64,000 nucleotides of DNA from Chiloscyllium plagiosum (Eukaryota): the NCBI RefSeq assembly GCF_004010195.1, contig NC_057756.1, forward strand, positions 1,763,703-1,827,702, in the 5' to 3' direction. A model generated the notes under the pieces. That model searched no databases. It was not told the origin of the DNA and saw only the letters and a program-made list of their open reading frames with translations. The translations under genes were made by a program, and so were the position numbers. Shown in pieces: positions 1 to 14,251 of this stretch (position 1 is its first letter; each line of letters opens with the position of its first letter).

Positions 1-200
1 GGGATCATCGTCACGAACCTCCTCAGGACACATTCCAGACCTCTATGCTTCCTACCAAAATGCATGACCTCACAATTTCCCACGTTGCATTTCATCTGCA
101 ACAGTTTATCCAGTCTGCTCGAATGTCTAAATTTTTCTGCAGCCTCCCCGCCTCTTTGCTATTACCAACCCTGTTGTCTATCTTTGTACCATCTTTATGT
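1..200 (-). mobile_element. CR1-type LINE RT fragment, decayed
   Basis: ccaaaatgcatgacctcac... resembles the reverse complement of the other CR1 RT copies in this window. Confidence 0.6.
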
Positions 201-1619
201 CTAACTTCATTCAAAGTTAGACACAAAGAGCTGAATGACTCCATAGGATATAGCAAAAGCTAATATATGTGAAATTATCTCGGCTGCTTTTTTTGGAACA
301 TATGTGTTTGCCCACGACAATTGCAGGAAGCGATTCATCTGTCAACCTGGAGCAGTTTCCAGCTTTTCCCGTCTTAATTAAGTAAAGCAGAACTAATACA
401 ATCCAGCCACGTGGAACAATATAGTTAACTTATAGTCCCAAAAATAAAATTATGCAAAATATAATGTTAGTGCATGCCATTTTCTGACAATTAACACGTG
501 CAGCTAGATGTTGTTATGGAGTCTGAGGTGTGATTCATTCGAATTCTCACAATAACGTTTCTCAATCATGGCACATACAACAGATGTCATGACTGCACAT
601 AAGAGTGGATATAACTGACGTGAAACATTTTGTTATTGTCTGTAACTTCTGTATAGCCTAGAAAAAGAGAAGGTTGAACGGATAAAATAATAAACTTCAA
701 AAACTGTTGTTAACCCCAGTGAAAATAAACAAAAAAATTCTCTCTTACTTTATGCTAATATTTCCACGAACAAGAATTGCGTGATTGCTTTTCTCCAATC
801 CAAATTTCTTTAATTATTTCGATGTTCTATGCACCTCAGCTCCATTAAAAGAAAAATGTGTTATACACATGTAATTGCATAGTTTTCTCTATCATTCAGA
901 TTTGAAGGGCGGCAAATGAGAAAGACAAGACAATTAATCAGAGAAATTTTTCTTTGGTTTTCCTTTTTCCATTGCTGGCAATTTGCAGTATTTGCATGAT
1001 AGAAGGACATGCAGTTTGATAACTTAGCAAGATTAATGTCATTTTTGTTGGCACTATCACCAAGATGCACCATTAAACTCTTGATGTTTTAAATCAGAAG
1101 GAACTGAGCCAGACGAGTAAAACATAATCAAATGTCTCATTAACAAGAACGGTGGGTATTGGAGGCAGTTTTTGTCTAAAACTTCCCCGTTTGATTCTGC
1201 AGTCATACATTTGCTGGGAAGTCTCTGCCACATTTGGATCAGTAAAAAAGGTAGTCGTCTAAATAGGTGCACGGATTTCCCGATGTTTCCTTTCTTCTGA
1301 CTCTCCTCTGGCAGGGTGAGCTTTTCGATTCTTCAAAGCCTTTACAAACAATGAGTGCCCAAAGTTATGCTTTTCAGTGATTGTCTCTCAACTGTCATTG
1401 TAAATGTAAAGTAAGTCATAACTTGGAATCACTTGCCCAGATTGTGAGGAATGGATATGAGACAGGAATTGGTCTTGTAAAACTTTCACTATGTGGATAT
1501 ATGTTTGCGCACATGTGTCATCAATCCTATTAAAACGAATGGAACTATCCATTTTCATGGCAAGGATTGTGCAGCAATGGATCACCGACATTGAGACTTG
1601 CTGAGTTCAGATGTTCTTT

Positions 1620-2094
1620 TATCAGGACATGACTTTTATTTTATTCAAATAAGCAAATATGGAAATATTCTTTGCAATTTCCCAACATTGTTTATGTTGT
1701 AAGATTTCACTTAGCTGCAAGGATAGTTAACCTTGCAATCTGGTTTTCACAGTCTGGTTGTTTTAATTTCACACTTTCCTTTTATTCAACATGGACATAA
1801 AACCGCAGATGTTACAATGTGGCTTTTTCCGGAACAAAACATGATTAATTCAATTGTTGATGCATAGAAAGAAAAACATTATTCTCAAATCACCACTAAC
1901 ACTAGCCATGATGCTGCCAAAATGCAGGACAATGAATTAAATAACGCCAGGAGCTTAACTTGAACAATTGAGCCATGTTATCCAACTGTCAAGGTGAAAC
2001 CGTTGAAACAATAGACTCTGTCCTCTTTTGTTCATGGAAATCTGAATGCAGCTAGAGAACTGATAACATAATGTGATTTGTATATATTGTAATC
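1620..2094 (-). other. Candidate 3'UTR terminal exon with poly(A) signals
   Basis: Acceptor cttcttttttcag ending at 2095; minus-strand AATAAA at 1781-1786 and 1635-1645; 3' end approximate. Confidence 0.4.
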
Positions 2095-2180
2095 CTGAAA
2101 AAAGAAGTGGAATTGCCTTTGGTGTGTTTAGAAACCACCTACCCATATATAAAGCAAAAGTGAGATTTTGTTTTCAATAC

Positions 2181-2231
2181 CTTAAAAATGCTTATCTAAT
2201 TGTTTGCATTGTAACTGTCGGCTTTGTTTTC
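2181..2231 (-). CDS. Candidate last coding exon (51 nt); GKQSRQLQCKQLDKHF* in phase 1
   Basis: aattttgtag|GAAAAC...CATTTTTAAG|gtattg; stops in all three frames; an 86-nt intron follows to a strong acceptor. Link to exon 21 unproven. Confidence 0.45.
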
Positions 2232-4104
2232 CTACAAAATTAGACTGTTTCATCACACATGCAATGGCTCCCACTGGCAAAACAATAAACTCTGTGTAAA
2301 TGTTTCACGTGCACAGAGTATCCACTTCAGATGGATTTCACCAAAATGGGATCACCATCTGAACATTGCACATAACAAGTAGGTGCATGACTTGCACTCA
2401 CTTCCTGGTTGGAATTATTCTGGCAGCTTTTCCGTAGTGTTATATGTTGTTAGATACTCCTTGTTCCAGCATTTTTCTTCGGGCATGTCTCAAGGCAATA
2501 TTTTAACTTATGCCCTCAACAGTTTACTGTAGTCAGCAATAAATCAGCCGTGAGCTGATTGTTTAAGGTTGGAAAATTTCACAATCATGACAAATGATTG
2601 TCATACTTTCCTAAGTGCCTGAGCATTCCCTTAAATAATATCTTAATCTTGATTTAATGTCGCAGAGTAAAATAATTGGTAAATAGCCGTTAAGACGTTT
2701 AAATCTCTAATCACCTGCTGCATTCATTTTTGTCATCATCACTTCTTTCCTTTTGGTATTGATAATTGGCAAGTTGCTTCAATGACAAAACGCATCTTAA
2801 CAGCGTTAGATCTTCTCATTGTCTATCTTATATTTAAACAGGACAAATGTGCAGTAGAGTAAACACTTATGCTCAATTTTATCTATTCACTTTGAGAATT
2901 CAACTGATATTTCGTTCAGATGGTAGAGTTGTCAATCTTTTCGGAATAGGCAGCACAGCTGACATTGATAATTGTCGAGAATTTCTTATTCACAAGATGA
3001 AAACATTTTTGGGTGTTACTGACTGTATATCAGGAGTACTCTGGCACTGCCAGCATACTTGAGTCTGTATTTATAAAATGATCATTGAAATATCAAGCCT
3101 TTGGAGTGTAAGATGCAGTTCTTACTAATGTCCTCATCTTGGCTGTCTCTAAGTTACATGATTGCATGACAGAGTGTGAGAGAATGTTTTAGGTCCACCA
3201 TCACTTGTTCAGAAATATTCAAAATGCTGCTTTCATTTTATTCTCAGTTCCAAAGCCAGTAAAGACTGATGCATAAAGGGCATGATCGCTGTTATATCCT
3301 TTGTAGGTATATCGACTTCGAAGTTATACTGAGCGTAATTTAATATTTCTCAAAGAAGGATGTTTTTCCTTCTGTGATAAACATAAAATTGGACTATTCG
3401 TATTACTAATTATAAATATCACACTTTTGAAACACTTATTGAAAATTTCAAATTTTTAGCTGTGTAAACTCTAGCCTGCATGCATGCTGTATGTCTCTGC
3501 CAGGAAAACTCCCATCCACAACCAACAAAATATTATTTTTCTTTGCTTTCAGAGATCATATCTCCGCCAACCTTACTGCTTGCAGAGTTGCTACGTAATC
3601 CGCGGATTTAAAATTACTGTTTTGAAAACAGCATGTGTGATTTCGGCAGTTTGTAGGTCATCTGTGATGTTCAGTATGCGTTCTTCAAAAGCATGCTTAA
3701 TAATTGAATAAGTCCTATTCTTTTCTGTCAGTTAGATTTTTTTTTCCTTTTTGGGTAGAGACCCGAAACATGATACGTAAATGGGTTGCTTTAGAAACAT
3801 TTATTTCATGCAAGGTTACCCAGTATGAGGTTACCAGTTCCTGATCTGTCGAATGACATTATTTGTTGCTATTATAATATGCCCACAACAGTTCATCTCT
3901 ATACATACCAAATTTGAGTATTTTTTTCCCAACGTGACTGGTATTTTCTGTGTTCATTTAACGCACTGCATCAAAATTGAAGTTTCATTAGCACGTAGGA
4001 ATATGGGGTGGCAGATGCACGTTAGATTATGCAGACTCAGTTATATTCGTTCCCAATTTTGACCAGGAATGCACACCCAATTTGAACTTTTCTTTGCATC
4101 AGGG

Positions 4105-4605
4105 AGTCATAGAGAAGTATAGCACAGGCCGTTCAGTTTAACTCTTCCATGCAGACAAGATATCCTAAACAAATCTAGTCCTATTTTCCAGCACGCAGCT
4201 CAAATCCATTTAAACCCTTCCAATTGATATAACCATCCAGATTTCTTTCAATGTCTGTAATTGTACCAGCCTCTACCATTTCCTCTGCCAGCTGATTCCA
4301 TACTCGCAACATCCTCTGTGTGAAAACATTGTCCATTACATCTCTTTTATATATTTCCACAATTAACATAAATCTTCTTCCTCTAGTCCTGGACTCCCCC
4401 AAACCAGGGAAAAGACCCTGTCTCTTTATCCTACCCATGTACCTCATGATTTTACAAAACTCCAATAGATTTCCAGTCAGCTTCCGACGATCCAGAAAAA
4501 CAAAATAGCCCCAGCCTATGCTGCATCTCCCTATAGCTAAAATCCTCCAACCCTGGCAACATACATGTATATCTTTTCTGAACCTTTTAAATTTCACAGC
4601 ATTCT
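4105..4605 (-). mobile_element. CR1/HER1-type LINE 3' end
   Basis: ORF 4181-4705 contains LFP..GESRTRG..F..RDV..NVFTQR..VWN.L...VEAGTI, the CR1 ORF2 C-terminus; tail ends in tctatgact. Confidence 0.85.
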
Positions 4606-4959
4606 TCAGTTGGTAGAATAACGACGTATGTGCATGGTTTTGAGTACTACTTTTTATTGTGTCACCACATTTTACAACTGTAGACTGTAGTCTTCTGAAG
4701 TACAATGTGGGAACAGAAAAATTCTACCCTGGGTAAGTGTTTGGTTTAAGAATTGCCGGAGCTGTCACATCTGGTCGAAGTGAAAGCTACCTGTCTAGAT
4801 TACCAAGTCTACTCGAGTTCGTCTGAAATTGTAGGGAAATGTCTCTGATTGTTGCTACATATAAACAGATTGAGACCTCGTCAACGTAAGGGCGAGTACA
4901 TAGACCATTGAAACCATTTATTCAGACTTTATTTAGTAAGTGACGTGGGCAAAATTGAA

Positions 4960-6125
4960 TCACAATCCAATCTATTCTAATAGCCTGCTCCTCAATGTTC
5001 TCCTCGACAACATTGTCTTTTTTATGTAACTTTGACGAAAAATATTCATTTGCGCCCCTTCTATCTCCTCAGGCTCCACTGAAAACCTCCCACTACTGTC
5101 CTTGACTGGTGCTAAGCTTACTCTAGTCATTTACTTTTACTTCTGACATATCTGTAGAAAGATTTATGGTTTTCCTTGTTCCTTCCTGCCAAAGGTTTCT
5201 CATGTTCCATCCTGGTTGTTAGCTCTCTCCTTCAGTCCTTCCTGGCTAACTTGTGTAGATCAAGTGCCCCAACTGAGCCTTCACATCTCAAATTGATATA
5301 CGTCTCCTTCATCCTCTTGACAAGAGATTTAACTTCTTTAGTAAACCACGATTGTCTCGTTCGAACACATTATCTCTGCCTGACAGGTACATACGCATCA
5401 AGGGCATGCGGTAGCTCATCCACAAAAAAGGTCCGCACTTCAACTGTGCCTATACTCTGCAGTTTTTTTCCATATCATTTGCATTCTAAAGTTTTCTTAT
5501 TCATGTCATAATTGCGTTTACTCCAGGTACAACTCTTGCACTGCAGTATATGCCTATCCCGTTCCTTGGCTAAAGTTAATGTAACTTAATTCTGGTCACT
5601 ATCACAAAAGAGCTGTCCGCCCTCCAATCTGACACCTGAACTGATTCATTACCCAGAATCAAATCCAATGTGGCCTCGCCCCTTTTTGGCCTATCTACAT
5701 ACTTTGTCAGGAAACCCTCCTGCGCACATTTGACAAAAACTGACCAATATAATGTACTCAAACTATAGCATTTCCAGTCAATGTTTGGAAGGTTAAAATT
5801 CCTCATGCAACTAACTTGCTACTTTCACTCCTACCGAGAATCATCTTTGCAATCGGTTCCTCTATATCTCTGGAACCTGTGGAGACCTATAGAAAACTCC
5901 GAACAAGGTTACCTCTCCTTTCCTGTTTCTAGCCTCAGGACATACTACCTAAGTAAACAAATGCTCATCAAACGTCATTTATTGCCACCGTACTACTGCA
6001 CTTGACTAACAATGCCGCACGTTCCCCTTTTAAAAATCATTTTCCAAGTTTTTACTGAAACATCTGAATCTGGAAACTCAACAACCATTCCTTTCCCTGC
6101 TCTGAAATGACCGCAACATCGAAAT
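4960..6125 (-). mobile_element. CR1-type LINE endonuclease (APE) segment
   Basis: NFNLPNIDW...FVKCAQEGFLTKYVDRPKRGEATLDLILGNE (ORF 5576-5806). Confidence 0.85.
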
Positions 6126-7115
6126 TCCAGTGCTGGGACAATCCTGGTTGTTACCTGTTTCAACCGTTTGGATGAGAATCTATATGACATGACTTGGAAG
6201 ATTGCAGATAATGTTAAAATATGCTCTGTCGTGGACAGTGAGGAAGGTTATCAGAAATTGCAGCAGTACCTTGAGCAGCTGGGAAGTGAGACGAGAAATG
6301 GCAAACGGACTTTAATATTGGTAATTGTGGGGTCTTCCATTTTGTGCAATCCAATCAAGGTAAGAGTTCTGCAGTGAATGATAGGGCCTTAAGCAGTGTA
6401 GAGGATTGAAGATATTTTGCAGTTCAGGTGTACGGTTCATTGGAAGTGGTGTCCCTGTTAGACAGGTTAGTGAAGCAAGTTTTTGACACACTGGCCTTTC
6501 TCAGTGAAGGCATTGAATATAGAAGTCAGGAAGTTATGTCACATTTGTGTAGGAAGTTAGTGATCCGGCACTTGGAGAATTGTGTGCAGTTTTTGTCATC
6601 TTGCTACAGGGTGCACGTTATTAAACTGGAAATAGTGCAGCAGAATCTTCCGAGGATGTTGACAAGACTGCACAGTCTGAGTGAAAGAGAGAGATTGGAC
6701 AGATTAGATGTTTTACTTTCAAGCACCATAGACTGAGGGGAATCTTACATAATTGTATATGATCATGAGGTGCATGGATAGGTTGAATGTACTCAGTCTT
6801 TTTCCCAGTTCTGTGGATCGAAAACTAGAGGTCGTCAGTTTAACCTTACAGGACAAAGAATGAAACAGGACTTGAGGGGCAATTTGTTTACACAGACAGT
6901 GGTATGCAGATGAAATGAGCTGCCAGCCGAAGTGATTCACGTGGGTATATTCACATTATTTGAAACGTATTTGGACTAATACATGGATAGGAAAGGTTGG
7001 GAACGATTTGACCAAGTGTCAGTAAGTGGGGTTATTGTGGATGGACATCTTGTTTGGGGTGGACCAGTTGGACCAAATGACCTGTCTCCATGCTGCATGT
7101 TTGTATGATTTCATT
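6126..7115 (+). mobile_element. CR1-type LINE RT C-terminus and 3' tail
   Basis: KIADNVKICSVVDSEEGYQKLQ; GIEYRSQEV..LVIRHLENCVQF (ORFs 6168, 6428). Confidence 0.88.
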
Positions 7116-8038
7116 CTCTAATGGTAAGATGATGCTATTTGACAAATTAAGAAATAGAGGATAAATCCGGTAAGTAGGAAAAAAATGTAAAACAAACATC
7201 ACTGTTGCTATGACCAATGAACTGCAGATCCAGGAGCATTGTATTATATATCAATGGATAATAGACGTTGATTTCTCTCTGTTTTCTTGTGATAAGTCAT
7301 TCGCGATTTGTCTCTGGCATGGTTTCAGCATATGGGATGGCGTGATGAATATTGATGCTTTGAAGAGAAAATGTTGAAATGCGATATAATTTCGAGCAAA
7401 TATTATCCCTCATTCTTTTACTCTCTACAGCAGGAATCGTCCAGAATTCTGGTTGAAATGATGCTGATTTCTGTCGAGAACTAGGATCTTTGGAAGTTTG
7501 ATTGTTCAATGTTAATCTATCATAATGAATTATGCCGAATTGCGTTAAACATATCACAAAGTTTCACATTCTGGCACTGTAGTAAGGAGACGTTTTCTGT
7601 ATTTTAACGATTCTTAGAAATAGCACATTTCGTTTTCTGCAGTCTATTATTGCCATGGAATTGCAGTCAGTTTAGTAACTGACTTTTTAGTTAAAAAGTT
7701 AATTTTTTTGTTCAGTTGTTTTCTACGGTCTTCTGAAAGTGAGATCTATACATCTGTGTTTTCTCAACAGTACGGTCAAGATGTGAAGAGTAACGTTTTG
7801 TTTTAGACTTTGTTTTTCTAAGCAACGATATTCCTAAGGAGTAATATACTATAGCCATTTTAATGGTCCACGATATGAATTCATGAAAGAGAAAGCAAAT
7901 TCATTTTTTCCTTTCAAAAACTCGATCAACAATAATTGAAATAATTTCATTTTATCTGACATTGAAACAAATGTATCATATTATTACACCATTACTATGT
8001 ATATATAGAGGACACAGAAGAGGCTGAATTAGATTCAC

Positions 8039-8062
8039 CTGAATGGTCTTTTCCATCAAGTT
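8039..8062 (-). CDS. Micro-exon 21 (24 nt, type D); KLDGKDHS
   Basis: ctttcttgcag|AACTTGATGGAAAAGACCATTCAG|gtgaat. Confidence 0.85.
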
Positions 8063-9084
8063 CTGCAAGAAAGTTGGACAATGATTTGAATCCTTATTCT
8101 GAAATCAACGTAAGTTTCCTTCTTTAAAAAAATGAACATATTGCGAGAAAGTATCAATAAATTACTTAATACCAGGTTTATCATTGGGGTATTTGTCTTT
8201 GCAATGTGTGAAGGACTTTAATGAAAATAATCATTCGTGCATGTTTATTCGTCTATATACATCACGGGTTATTATTTCATTTTTAAAATGCGGCCTCCGT
8301 GGGATAAACGACTCTTATTTCCACATAACAATATGTAATGTTTTGATGAAATATGAAGATTGTGAGTTGCACTCACTGAGTCCTTTTTCACTAGTATACA
8401 TGCCTGATTTACTTAAAAGCATAATGCATTTCAGAGTGATTGTTGCTGCATCTTTGAACTGAAGTGAAGTTATTAATGTCTCTGCTAGTGTCAGTTTAGA
8501 TTGTCAACAATTGCTCAGTCGAAAACATATTCCCTAGATATGCTACCATGCACAGAGGGACTTCAGACATGTACATCTAATACTCATTCATCCATTCTGT
8601 CCAACCATGTTTTCCATGGGCCTCAGCTATTTCTGAGTCAATTTCATCACGTGAACCTACATAAATCCATATATTTTCCAGCAAACAATACAGTACGACA
8701 TATTCTCTCATTCCAATACATCAGTATATAATAAACGTATGTAATGAGTAAATCATCCTCCTCCCTTTTCACCAATTTCAGCAGGGCAGCGCCACTAAAT
8801 TAAACGACCCCTCTCCTCCACAGTCATTATTGTGCAGCAGTTGTCTCTGTGACGAAATACAGTTTCACTGCATCGTGATTCTAAAAATTTCCTCGTCCAA
8901 GCATCCCTGATGGATTCCAATGCAATTACAGAATGTTGACATTTTAATGTATCTATTCTAACTGTCCAAAATACACAACCACAAGTTTCAGGTGAAGCTG
9001 TGCTTCACTTTTTCTTTCCTTATAGTTCAGCGAATTTTCAGCTAACTATACGATCTGTATTGTAAGATTGAGGTCATATGCAGA

Positions 9085-10220
9085 CTAGGTGATTACCGAT
9101 GATTTTGGGATGGACATAAGAACACCAAGACATCAAGTGAATTGGAAAATTAGATCCAAAATTCCTGGATTGCAGGATGGAATGGGTAAATATGGGAACA
9201 TGCTTGTCAGACTAAAGGCTTCTAATTAGAGGAGTACCTTTGAATTCAGTGCTGGGCCCATTCCTGTTTTTCACCTATATCAATGAGTTGGTTGAGAATA
9301 AACAAAGCATGAATAGAATTGGATGACAGTAAAATAAATGGTAGCGTGAACAGTGAAAACGTTTATCAGAAATTGGAGAAGCACCTTGATCAGCTGCGGA
9401 AATAGACCGAGAAATGGTAAACAGTGTTTAATATAGATTAGTGGGAGGTTTTGCAATTTGCCAAGGGAAAAAATTCATGGTGAATGGTAAAGCCTTAAGA
9501 AGTTTAGTGGAGCAGAAGCAGCTTGGAGTTCAGCTTCACAGTTCTCTGGAATTGGAGTTACAGTTAGACAGGGCATTGGAGAAAGCTTTTGGCACACTGA
9601 CCTTCTTTGGTCATGGCAGAAGTTAGCCAGGATGTTGGTGAAGTCCCAATTGGATTATTGTCTTCAGTTTAGGTCACCATGTTATAATGAAGAATGCTAT
9701 TAAACTAGAAAGAGTGCAGAAGAAATTTTCAAGAATGTTTCCTGGATTCACTGGTCTGAGTGAAATTGAGAGATTGGACAAGCATTTTTTTTTCTTTAGA
9801 GCGCAGGAGAGTGAGGGGGGGTCCTTGGAGAATTGCATAAGATTATGACAGTTTTGAATACAGTGAATGCACGCTATCTTTTCCCCAGGTTTGGAGAGTT
9901 TGCGGTGGGGGGTGGGGGTGGGTGGGGGCCGGGAATCAGAATAATTTAGAGAGAATGAAGAAAAGGGAACCTGTGAGTCAATTTTATTTCAGAGAAGGTA
10001 GAACGCATATAGAATGTACTGCCAGTGGAAGTGGGGTTAGGTACTTTTTGAATACTTAAAATGCATTTGGATAAATGTTTGGATTCCAAAGGATTAGAAG
10101 GATATGGGCCATGTGCATGGAAATGGGGTTAGGATGGACAGATATTTTCCTCTGCAAGACCATGCTGAGCGAAAGGTCCGTTTTTCCGTGCTGTAGGAAA
10201 CTATGACTTCATGACTCTAC
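9085..10220 (+). mobile_element. CR1-type LINE 3' portion, decayed
   Basis: Collinear with 6126-7115; ends ctatgacttcatgactctac. Confidence 0.85.
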
Positions 10221-11455
10221 ATTTGTCGACATTCCAGGAAGCCATCGGCTTCCCATTCAAATATGTCCATTTTGGAGCTGCTACATTATTACAACAAATC
10301 TCATCGCAAGCTGTACTTGTTTACACTAACTTGTTTTTGTTGACACGTTTCAGCTTAGCGAACTCGGTGTTGAAATGAAAACTGTACAACTAGATCTCTA
10401 ACTTGCATCTTGATTGCAACACCCGTTCCCACAATACTTTTTTTTTGTGAACGTTGATCCTAGGTGAGCGGATTTGCTTTGTGCTTTTAATGCTTGTCTT
10501 TTTTTGTAATTTGCATATCTACAACCAATTTACAATGCTTAACATAACGTTTTTATCATTCACTTCAAGCAAAATCATCATTTATTCCACTTTCAATCCT
10601 CTTCCACTCGCGACAGCACAAAATAAAAGAAAGCAAAACTGCTTGTTTTAGAACTGAAAAAGAGTTATATCGTATTCCAAATCTTAGCTGAACTTGTTTG
10701 CACAGTTGCTGTTAAATATGATTATTGACCAGAATTTTGTTGTTTAACTTCAGATCTAATATCCACAGTATTATTGTTTTTATTTCTCACTCATCTTGTG
10801 AGGCAAAGAGTTCACATGAACCCTTCAAATGTTGGGGCATTTCCAGGTGGAATGTTCAGATATGGTGCGTTTCTTGTGCAAGCCATATGGAAGCTATACC
10901 TTTTTGTCGGACAATTGCAAACTTTATCTACTGAGAAGTAAGAACAAGCCTTCTTCTTTTGTTTAGCACCTATCCAAACACGACTGCATTGCACATCTGT
11001 CATTACTATTGCATTGATTTCATTTTTTTTGTGGGGGTGAAGGTTGAAGTCTAACTGATGCAGACCATGGTAAATACCAGCACGATCACCTATTTCACCA
11101 GATGACAGATATCTCTTGTGATTCTATTTGTTATACATTAATCAACGTGAGATAGAGCTACCTTGCTTATTCCCTTTCAGATAATTGTGTTTTCTCTGCA
11201 ATAACAGCAGCAATCCAAAATCTTAACGAACGATAACATCTGGAACTCTTGTGGTGAAACTTGCTTTCAGAAACATGGCTTCACGTTTGTAATAGCATAT
11301 AGAGGACGTAAACCGAGATTTTTTTAAAAAATCACATTCACATATACTGAAATTATTGATATAATTGAAGACAGAAAATTATGAACAAAGTGTTCATTCA
11401 TCCTTCTAGGCAGAAGCAAAAAATGATCACGATGTGAATATGCTTTTTTACTCAC

Positions 11456-11482
11456 TGCACTTCAGCTTAAGATCCTCAAGTT
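11456..11482 (-). CDS. Micro-exon 20 (27 nt, type C); ELEDLKLKC
   Basis: ttgttttccag|AACTTGAGGATCTTAAGCTGAAGTGCA|gtgagt. Confidence 0.92.
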
Positions 11483-11839
11483 CTGGAAAACAATTTACAC
11501 ACAATAACAAAATGTATAATTGTTTATATGCGTTTTGTCAACTTTAAATTTAAAACTAAATTCACTTCGGCAGTAAATGCGTAATACCCCAATGTTGGGT
11601 ATTAAAAATCATCCCCATTTCCATCATACTAAATTCCTACAACAGTTCCTGAATTAAGTAGCACCCTTCTTCAATTCGTCCTGCCATCGCTGACAGTGAG
11701 AATCATGTATATATTTTGTAAAAGCAAGTGTTCGCCACAATGTTGCAAACGATCGATATTTTCTTCAAATCACGATTAAAAATCTTTTGAATGACATTCT
11801 AGAAATGTTTGGGTTTGCATTACCATTCCTTTGAAATGT

Positions 11840-12070
11840 TCATTTTGTGCGTGTAGGTGTCGCTGGTTGACCAGAATTTATTGCCCGTCCCTTGCTGTCT
11901 TTGAGAAGGTAGCAATAATCTGTGTTCCTGAACCGTCCACCTACTGTCAGTTGACCCAGTATCCTATTAAGGAGGGATTTCCAGGATTTTGACAAAGCGA
12001 CACTGAAGAAAGGCCGATATATTTTCATGTCAGGATGGTGAGATACTTGAAGGAGAACTTGAAGCTGGTA
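11840..12070. repeat. Interspersed retroposon fragment
   Basis: gtcgctggttgaccagaatttattgcccgtccc..ttccaggattttgac resembles, from recall, a common shark LINE/SINE 3' region. Confidence 0.45.
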
Positions 12071-14251
12071 CTATTAAAGCTTGAAAGGACCAAAATCATT
12101 GGTGCATCAGATTATAATTGAGATAAAATCAAAATTCATATTCTTTGAGGTTATGAAGGATGTAAGTGAAGGTTTTATTTTCCTTGTAAGATACGTGAAT
12201 TGACTTACTTAAGAATTTTTCAAAGAAGCACAATAAAACACAAGGCATTAAGTTCGAGGATAGAATTAAAAAGTTATGATAAGATGCATTAAGTTCTACT
12301 GGATATGTGAAACCATGCTCTACATTTCCTAGTTAAAACTGAAGTGAGAAAACACCGTATAGGAGATGATGACTCAATTCATTGCATATTATAATAAGAA
12401 AAAAAAGTATTTGAAGGAGGTTAGTCAGAACACATACTTAAACATAAAAAAAAATTGAGCAGGCGATGAGAGGCCCCCTTTAATTCGTCAGAATTCAAAT
12501 AGCACTATTTACTAATGAATAACTGTGGTTGTCAGCTTTATGAAAGTCAAAATAGAGATTAATGACGTTGTGAAATTTTGAGTGAGATCAGATTTAAAAA
12601 ATTCAGTGAAGAATGAACTTGATCGTTAAATCTATCCATTTCGATTACAATGTTGGTTTGTTCTTGGAGAAGATATGGCGAGGGACATTTTCTTTAGTTT
12701 GAAAGTACTATGCTTTCTTTCTTTCTCTATCTTAACGATGCTCACGTTAAGAACGAATATTATGTCGTGTTCAGTCTTCTTGCCTTCAAAGTTTCGATCT
12801 TCAGAGAACAGTTATAAGGAATGCTTCCCTTGCAAGTAGTCAGCAATTATGATTATGCAAAACTGTTCTTAAAATTGAAATTGGCCTCGATTTTTTTAAG
12901 GCATTGAACAAGGGATAATTTACAATGAATTAATCAGAAACAGTGGAAGCAAACTGTTGGATCCGAAAATGGAATTAATGCCTGAATAAATTTTAAAAAA
13001 TGAATCAATGGACGAAAGAATTAATGCATCAGTTATTTAACGATCATTAATAGAAGAAAGAATTCATCAACAAACAGGAGCCAAGTGATTCATCAGTAAA
13101 TTGTGCAAATGCAAAGGTGTCGGCTTTCAACTTCTATATGTCCCTGTCATCACTTATCCACTGAGTAGTTGCAGGTTACTTGGACTGAAGTAATAAACAC
13201 AATAATAGGTCTCAGAATTCAACATTTTAGTGATTATTCATTCCTGGGAATGCAAGCTTCCTACGTTAAACCATAATTTACTGTGGAGGGAAGTGAAGAG
13301 TCAACTAACTTGCTTGGTTACTGGAATCATCTGTCCCCAAAGAAGACCAAACGAAGTAATGATAGCAGCTTCTTGCCATAGCACATGAATGAACCATATT
13401 TTTCTTTTAAAAATCCGTTAGTACTCACAATTATGTTGTATTTATCTGAAAATTGTTAGTTCCAGATTGATTGATTTTAAATGAGAACATCTGCCTAAGA
13501 CAGATTTTATCCCAGATCCTGACATCATCACTTGGGTCTTGGAATTGATAACCTAGAGATAACATCACTAGATAGTTGCTTCAAGGTAATGGTAAGCCAT
13601 CATATCCACTTGAGAGGAAATGAAATTATCTATATCACTCAATTAAGAACGGTAAAATAAAGTTAATATTCAATGTGAAGAGGATTGTTTGCAATCGGAC
13701 AGAGATCATTGATTCATACAGCACAGAAACAAACCATCATTTCAAACAGTCTATGCTGAGACAAATGACAAACCTACGCACTCCCACCAGCATGCTCCTG
13801 TCAAAGACCCCATAAAACCTTTTTCCTATTGCTGTACTTACCCAAGCGTCTTTTAAACGTCGAACTGTACCCAAATTTACCACTTTCTCAGGAAATTCTT
13901 AGGACAAAAGGACCGATGTCTGTTTTTAAAAATGTCCTATGTCCTTTATAAAATATTTCTCCCCTCACCTTAAATATAACCCCACTAGTGCTGACGTCTC
14001 CTACACTAAGCAGAGAGCAACGAGAATTAGCACTATTTGTAAACAACCTCACTCCTACTCCAGATTTTAACAAGCTCTACAAGATTCCGTGTCAATCTTC
14101 TATGCCCCAGTGAAATAAAATGCAAGTGTATCCAACTTTTTTTGATAACTCAAACATTCCATAACTGGCGACATTTTGTGGAAACTTTTCTAAACCTTCT
14201 ATAGCTTAATGATATCCTTCCTAATAATATCCTTAATGACACCCTTCCGTG

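Noticed and set aside
745..1600. Cluster of minus-strand ORFs (861, 1057, 1388) as a large terminal exon or pseudogene
   Set aside because: Stops in all frames and no domain I could recognise
9904..9929. G-quadruplex-like G runs (also poly-G near 57122)
   Set aside because: Simple-sequence expansion inside decayed retroelements with no evidence of function
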